Part shown: positions 41,650 through 45,588 of the stretch, piece by piece
Position numbering within the stretch: the first letter of the stretch is position 1
How the letters are laid out: every line of letters starts with the position of its first letter
From: Planctomycetota bacterium
GTDB taxonomy: Bacteria; Planctomycetota; PUPC01; JABMSA01
Assembly: GCA_035527355.1 (NCBI GenBank)
Contig: DATLAR010000079.1
Location: 1 to 45,588 of the forward strand
Length of the DNA: 45,588 nt
Direction of reading: 5' to 3'
Program-made: the position numbers and the translations under genes
Notes under the pieces: model-generated
What the model was told of the DNA's origin: nothing
The model's input: only the letters and a program-made list of their open reading frames with translations
Databases searched by the model: none

Positions 41650-42591
41650 ATGCACAGCAAACTCGTCTTGAAATACTCGCTGCTGACCACAGGGGCGCTT
41701 GTCGTGGGCATTGTGATGATATTTGCCCTGAGCAGCGCCGGCAAGAGCGCCCTGCGCCGGGGCACCGCGCGCCACGGCAGCGCGCGCCAGGGCAGCGGCA
41801 TTGTTTCGCTCGCACCCAGCATCACCGAAACGCTCTTCGCACTGGGGCTGGGCGCAAAGGTGACCGGCGTAACTCAATACTGCGACTTTCCGCCCGAGGC
41901 CGCCCGCTGTGAGAAAATCGGCGGCTTCTACGACCCCAATTACGAGGCCATTCTCCTGCTGCGGCCGGAACTCGTCGTGTCGCTCGTGGAGGCCGGCGAG
42001 ACCAACCGCAACCTCACCGGCGCCGGCTTGCGCGTGCTGGAAGTGAACCACCAGACTATCGACGGCATCCTCGAGTCGCTCGGAGCCATCGGCAAGGTCT
42101 GCGGCGCCCAGCAGCGGGCGGGCGAGCTTCTTGCCGCGATGAATGCCAGGATCGAGCGCGTGAAACGGAAGAGCGCCGGCCGCCGCTGCTGGCGGGTGAT
42201 TGTTTCGATCGGCAACAACGATGGCTCGAGCTCGCGCAAGGAGGTGCGGATCGCGGGCAAGGATAATTTCTACGACGCGATGCTCGCCGCCGCCGGCTGC
42301 ACGAACGCCTACCAGGGCGGCGCCGTCCGCTACCCCACCGTCACCACTGAGGGTATGATCAGTCTTGATCCGGAGGTTATCATCGACATCGTAGACGACG
42401 TCAGCCGCTTTCCCGGCGGCTGCGACGAAATCCTCGCCGAATGGCTGAAGCTGCAGCACGTCGACGCGGTGAAGAACGGCCGCGTGCACGTGCTGGCGGG
42501 CAACCACCTGATGCGGCCCGGCCCGCGCGTGGTGCAGACGCTCGAGGATATTGCGAAGGCCCTTCATCCCGAAGCCGACTGGGAGAACTGA
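41650..42591 (+). CDS. ABC transporter substrate-binding protein, BtuF/TroA-like (cobalamin or iron-chelate class)
   Basis: Start at ATG 41650 gives a TM/signal anchor. Contains IVSLAPSITETLFALGLGAKVTGVTQYCDFP and EAILLLRPELVV, typical of BtuF-like binding proteins. Confidence 0.8.
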   Translation: MHSKLVLKYSLLTTGALVVGIVMIFALSSAGKSALRRGTARHGSARQGSGIVSLAPSITETLFALGLGAKVTGVTQYCDFPPEAARCEKIGGFYDPNYEAILLLRPELVVSLVEAGETNRNLTGAGLRVLEVNHQTIDGILESLGAIGKVCGAQQRAGELLAAMNARIERVKRKSAGRRCWRVIVSIGNNDGSSSRKEVRIAGKDNFYDAMLAAAGCTNAYQGGAVRYPTVTTEGMISLDPEVIIDIVDDVSRFPGGCDEILAEWLKLQHVDAVKNGRVHVLAGNHLMRPGPRVVQTLEDIAKALHPEADWEN

Positions 42592-42595
42592 CCGC

Positions 42596-43405
42596 GTGGC
42601 ATCTGACGAATCCAAACCGGACGCGCTGATCGAGGTGGCCGATTTCTCGTTCAGCATCGGCAAGAAGGCGATCCTTCGCGGCGTCTCAGTCGACATCAGC
42701 GCAGGCGAGGCGCTCTCGATCATCGGGCCAAACGGCGCCGGCAAATCCACACTGCTGAAATGCCTCGACGGCATCCTCACCGGCGGCACCGGCTCCATCC
42801 GCGTGCACGGCAGGCCGCTTGAAAGCTACAGCCGACGCGAGCTCGCAAAGCTTGTGAGCTACGTGCCCCAAGCCGACGGCCGCCTGCTGCCGTTCACCGT
42901 CGAAGAGTTCGTGCTTATGGGCCGCTATCCTTACCTCAGCCCGTTCTCATCGATCTCCGAAACCGACCGCAAGGCGGTGCGCGAAGCCATGGCGCTCACA
43001 GGCGTCGAGGAGTTTGCCGGCCGCCTGCTCACCACGCTCAGCGGCGGCGAACGCCAAAAGGCGTTTATCGCGGCCGCTTTTGCCCAAGGCGCCGCTATCC
43101 TGCTGCTCGACGAGCCGACCACGTTTCTAGACCCCAGGCACCAGGACGAGGTTCTCCGCACGCTTCACAGGATCAACCGCGAATCCGGCGCGACTATCGT
43201 TTCCGTCACGCACGACATCAACACGGCGGCGCTCGGCAGCAATCGCGTGCTCGCGCTGAAGGCCGGCGAGGTGGCATTTCACGGACCCGCGGCCGACGTG
43301 ATGGACAACAGCGTGCTGGAGCGGATTTACGGAAAGCGATTCATTTTTGCGGCGCACCCGCTAACCGGCAAACCGGTAGTGGTGCCGGAGGTGGCGGAGC
43401 AATGA
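42596..43405 (+). CDS. ABC transporter ATP-binding protein (FecE/BtuD class)
   Basis: Walker A GPNGAGKSTLLK, signature LSGGERQ, Walker B ILLLDEPT, H-loop VTHD. Start placed at GTG 42596, 5 nt after the upstream stop, instead of the overlapping TTG 42551. Confidence 0.85.
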   Translation: MASDESKPDALIEVADFSFSIGKKAILRGVSVDISAGEALSIIGPNGAGKSTLLKCLDGILTGGTGSIRVHGRPLESYSRRELAKLVSYVPQADGRLLPFTVEEFVLMGRYPYLSPFSSISETDRKAVREAMALTGVEEFAGRLLTTLSGGERQKAFIAAAFAQGAAILLLDEPTTFLDPRHQDEVLRTLHRINRESGATIVSVTHDINTAALGSNRVLALKAGEVAFHGPAADVMDNSVLERIYGKRFIFAAHPLTGKPVVVPEVAEQ

Positions 43406-44412
43406 ACGACGCGCGCCTGTCGAAAACCGCAAAGATCGCGCTGCTGGTACTGCTGGCGGCCGCCGTGCTGCTGGCGGCGCCGATGGTGGGCATGAGCCGC
43501 GTGTCGCTGAGCGCCGTGCTGCGGCCGTTCTCACAAAGCAGGCAAACCGACATCTTCTGGCACCTGCGCGTGCCGCGCGTGCTGGTTTCGTTCCTTGCGG
43601 GCGCGGCGCTCGCCGTGAGCGGCATGACTTTCCAGGCGATGTTTCGCAACGCCCTCGCCACACCGTTTACACTGGGCGTATCGAGCGGCGCATCGCTGGG
43701 CGCATCGGTTTACATCCTCTCCGGCGTGCAGATCAGCGTGCTCGGTGTATCGGGCGTGTCGCTGGCGGCATTCGGCGGCGCGCTCGTGGCCATCCTGCTC
43801 GTCTACTGCCTCAGCAGCCTCCGCGGAGGGCTGTCGGCCGGCACAATGCTGCTGGCCGGCGTGGCCGTCAGCTTTTTCTTCGCGAGCATGATCCTGTTCA
43901 TCCAGTACCTCAGCGACTTCACAAACACGTTTCGCATCCTGCGGTGGACGATGGGCGGGCTGGGCACGGTGGGCTACGATTCGGTGCTCGACGTGCTTCC
44001 GTTTGTGCTCAGCGGCAGCGCAATCGTCCTGCTGCTCACAAACGAGCTGAACCTGATAACAACGGGCGAGGACATAGCAGCCAGCCGCGGGGTGAACGTG
44101 GCCGGCGCCAAGCGCGTGCTGTTCTTTGCCACGTCGCTGATGGTGGGCGGCGTGGTGGCAATCTGCGGGCCAATCGGGTTTGTGGGGATGATGTCGCCCC
44201 ACATCTGCCGGCTGCTGATCGGACCGGACCACCGCCACCTGACGCCCGCAACGCTGCTGTTTGGCGGCATGTTCCTCACGCTGTGCGACCTGCTGGCCCG
44301 CACGGTCATCGCGCCGGCGGAGCTGCCCGTAGGTGTGATCACCGCGCTGCTGGGCGGGCCGTTCTTCCTGTGGCTTCTGCTGAGGGCATCGCATGACAGA
44401 GGCACGCTATGA
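43402..44412 (+). CDS. FecCD/BtuC-family ABC transporter permease
   Basis: Multi-TM protein with family blocks RVPRVL...L.GAALA.SG...Q...RN.LA.P..LG.S.GA and LP.GV.TAL.G.PFF..LL. ATGA overlap with the ATPase stop. Confidence 0.85.
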   Translation: MNDARLSKTAKIALLVLLAAAVLLAAPMVGMSRVSLSAVLRPFSQSRQTDIFWHLRVPRVLVSFLAGAALAVSGMTFQAMFRNALATPFTLGVSSGASLGASVYILSGVQISVLGVSGVSLAAFGGALVAILLVYCLSSLRGGLSAGTMLLAGVAVSFFFASMILFIQYLSDFTNTFRILRWTMGGLGTVGYDSVLDVLPFVLSGSAIVLLLTNELNLITTGEDIAASRGVNVAGAKRVLFFATSLMVGGVVAICGPIGFVGMMSPHICRLLIGPDHRHLTPATLLFGGMFLTLCDLLARTVIAPAELPVGVITALLGGPFFLWLLLRASHDRGTL

Positions 44413-44452
44413 CAATCGTGCAAGGGACGTCAATGATACTAAAGGAGCTGCC

Positions 44453-45343
44453 ATGAAAAGCTTTCCAGAGTTGTTGAACGACAGGAAACTGCTGATCGCC
44501 GACGGTGCTTGGGGCACCGAGCTGTCGAAACGCGGCATGCAGCCCGGCGAATGCCCGGAGACGTGGAACCGCGATCACGCGGCCGACGTGCTGGCCGTTG
44601 CGGCGTCGTACGTGCAGGCCGGCTCCGAGATCATCCTCAGCAACACGTTCGGCGGCAACAGGTTCAAGCTGGCGAAGGCGGGCCTCGAACGCGAGGTGTT
44701 CGAGCTGAACCGCCTGGGCGCCGCCATCTCGAAGCAGGCCGCCGCCGGCAAAGCTCTCGTTTTCGCGTCAATCGGCTCGACAGGTGAATTCATGGAACCG
44801 CTGGGCTCGATCACCGAAAACGAGATGGTCGAATGCTTTGCCGAGCAGATCAAAGGGCTGATCGCCGGCGGGGCCGACGGCTTTGTGATCGAAACGATGA
44901 CCGATCTGGGCGAGACCAAGGCGGCCGTTCGCGCGGCGAAGGAAAACTCATCGCTGCCCGTGGTGGCTTCGCTCACTTTCGATCGCGGACAGGCCGGATA
45001 CGCCACGATGATGGGCGTGCGGCCCGCGCAGGCGGCCGCCGAGCTGGATGCGGCCGGCGCCGATGCCGTGGGGGCCAATTGCGGCTCGGGCATCGCGAAC
45101 ATGGTGGAGATCGCCCGGCTCTTCCGCTCGGCCACGAAACTGCCGCTGTGGATCAAGCCGAACGCGGGGCTGCCGGAGCTGGTAGGCGGCAAGACGATCT
45201 TCCGCGAAACACCCGACGAGATGGCCGGGCACCTGCGCCAACTGATCGAGGCGGGGGCGAGCATCGTTGGCGGCTGCTGCGGCACCACGCCCGACCACAT
45301 ACGCGCCTTCGTGGCAGAGCGAGCAAGGCTGCGGTTGGTGTGA
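44453..45343 (+). CDS. homocysteine S-methyltransferase domain protein (stand-alone MetH-N/MmuM-like)
   Basis: Start at ATG 44453 (AAAGGAG SD). Contains LIADGAWGTEL, ILSNTFGGN, GANCGSG and GGCCGTTPDHI (zinc-binding Cys residues). Confidence 0.8.
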   Translation: MKSFPELLNDRKLLIADGAWGTELSKRGMQPGECPETWNRDHAADVLAVAASYVQAGSEIILSNTFGGNRFKLAKAGLEREVFELNRLGAAISKQAAAGKALVFASIGSTGEFMEPLGSITENEMVECFAEQIKGLIAGGADGFVIETMTDLGETKAAVRAAKENSSLPVVASLTFDRGQAGYATMMGVRPAQAAAELDAAGADAVGANCGSGIANMVEIARLFRSATKLPLWIKPNAGLPELVGGKTIFRETPDEMAGHLRQLIEAGASIVGGCCGTTPDHIRAFVAERARLRLV

Positions 45344-45430
45344 AGTCATAACAGCCGAATATGTCGTGCTGAATCACGGAGCGTATAGCTTAACGGAACT
45401 CCTTTCCGTTCTTCGTCCTTTCCCAATGCA

Positions 45431-45588
45431 CTATCGTCCGATCAGGCGTGCGACGATCTCGCGGTCGACGTGTCCCTCGGCCCAGACGGTGGCCCAGCGG
45501 CCGCGGTAGGCGTAGGCGGCCCAGCCGATGCCGTGCTCGGCGAGGATAGCGCCCATGTCGGCGTGCCAGCGAAGGCGGTCGTCTCGGG
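45431..45588 (-). CDS. C-terminal fragment of an unidentified protein (5' end outside window)
   Basis: My translation of the minus strand gives ...RDDRLRWHADMGAILAEHGIGWAAYAYRGRWATVWAEGHVDREIVARLIGR, ending at TAG (45433-45431). It is open to the window edge. The GIGWAAYAY pattern faintly resembles glycoside-hydrolase C-termini, but no assignment is made. Confidence 0.4.
   Translation of the reverse strand, partial: RDDRLRWHADMGAILAEHGIGWAAYAYRGRWATVWAEGHVDREIVARLIGR

Noticed and set aside
42551-42595. 41-nt overlap of the ABC ATPase ORF (TTG 42551) with the binding-protein gene. Several other ORFs also carry long N-terminal extensions in the track (13974, 18793, 18775, 22664, 27206, 38486, 41171, 41602, 44393).
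   Set aside because: The track reports the longest ORF. In each case an internal ATG or GTG with a proper SD, a signal peptide or a canonical family N-terminus (for example MCGIVGY for GlmS, MIKEIVKRDG for NrdJ) is the more plausible start. The upstream codons overlap promoters or neighbouring genes.
1-45588. CRISPR arrays, tRNA/rRNA genes, integrases or transposases, toxin-antitoxin pairs, retron or DGR reverse transcriptases
   Set aside because: I scanned all intergenic gaps over 80 nt and the ORF list. There are no regularly spaced repeats, no GGTTCGA-type T-arm signatures, and no recombinase, RT or small paired ORFs. By content the window appears to be core chromosome.

Overview
GC-rich (about 60% by eye) bacterial chromosomal segment, densely coding on both strands. 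I saw no integrase, transposase, CRISPR array, tRNA or rRNA. All family calls come from reading the supplied translations, plus my own translation of unlisted frames, against remembered motifs; no searches were run.

Gene order:
- A GxGYxYP-family gene, cut by the left window edge.
- A flotillin module: nfeD-long, nfeD-short, floA and a Pro/Gln-rich membrane protein.
- A four-gene minus-strand operon: Mre11/SbcD-like nuclease, Rad50/SbcC-like ATPase with a central transmembrane hairpin, a divergent DprA, and an unknown membrane-anchored protein.
- A glycan block: beta-helix protein, an unknown 414-aa protein, a GH31-like enzyme and a transglutaminase-like lipoprotein.
- nrdJ; plsY-gpsA; glmS-rlmN-rsgA; stand-alone trpB2.
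- About 470 nt of repeat-rich non-coding DNA that contains a 212-nt nested palindrome.
- An M50 protease-trpS-scpA-kdgK operon.
- ffs (large SRP RNA)-dnaX-ybaB-recR-rpoN followed by a 598-aa membrane protein.
- A BtuF/FecCD-type ABC importer, a stand-alone homocysteine S-methyltransferase, and a C-terminal gene fragment at the right edge.

Nine intergenic TTGnnn-N17-TAnnnT promoters sit upstream of the inferred operons.

I found no unambiguous novel system. The best candidates for follow-up are:
- the membrane-tethered SbcCD-like/DprA operon;
- the nested palindromic element between the divergent trpB2 and trpS units;
- the GH31-like protein that lacks the canonical acid/base motif;
- the PlsY with a roughly 170-aa disordered tail.

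Host lineage cannot be fixed from this window. The mix of PVC-like glycan genes with Firmicute-like ffs-dnaX-ybaB-recR synteny is noted.
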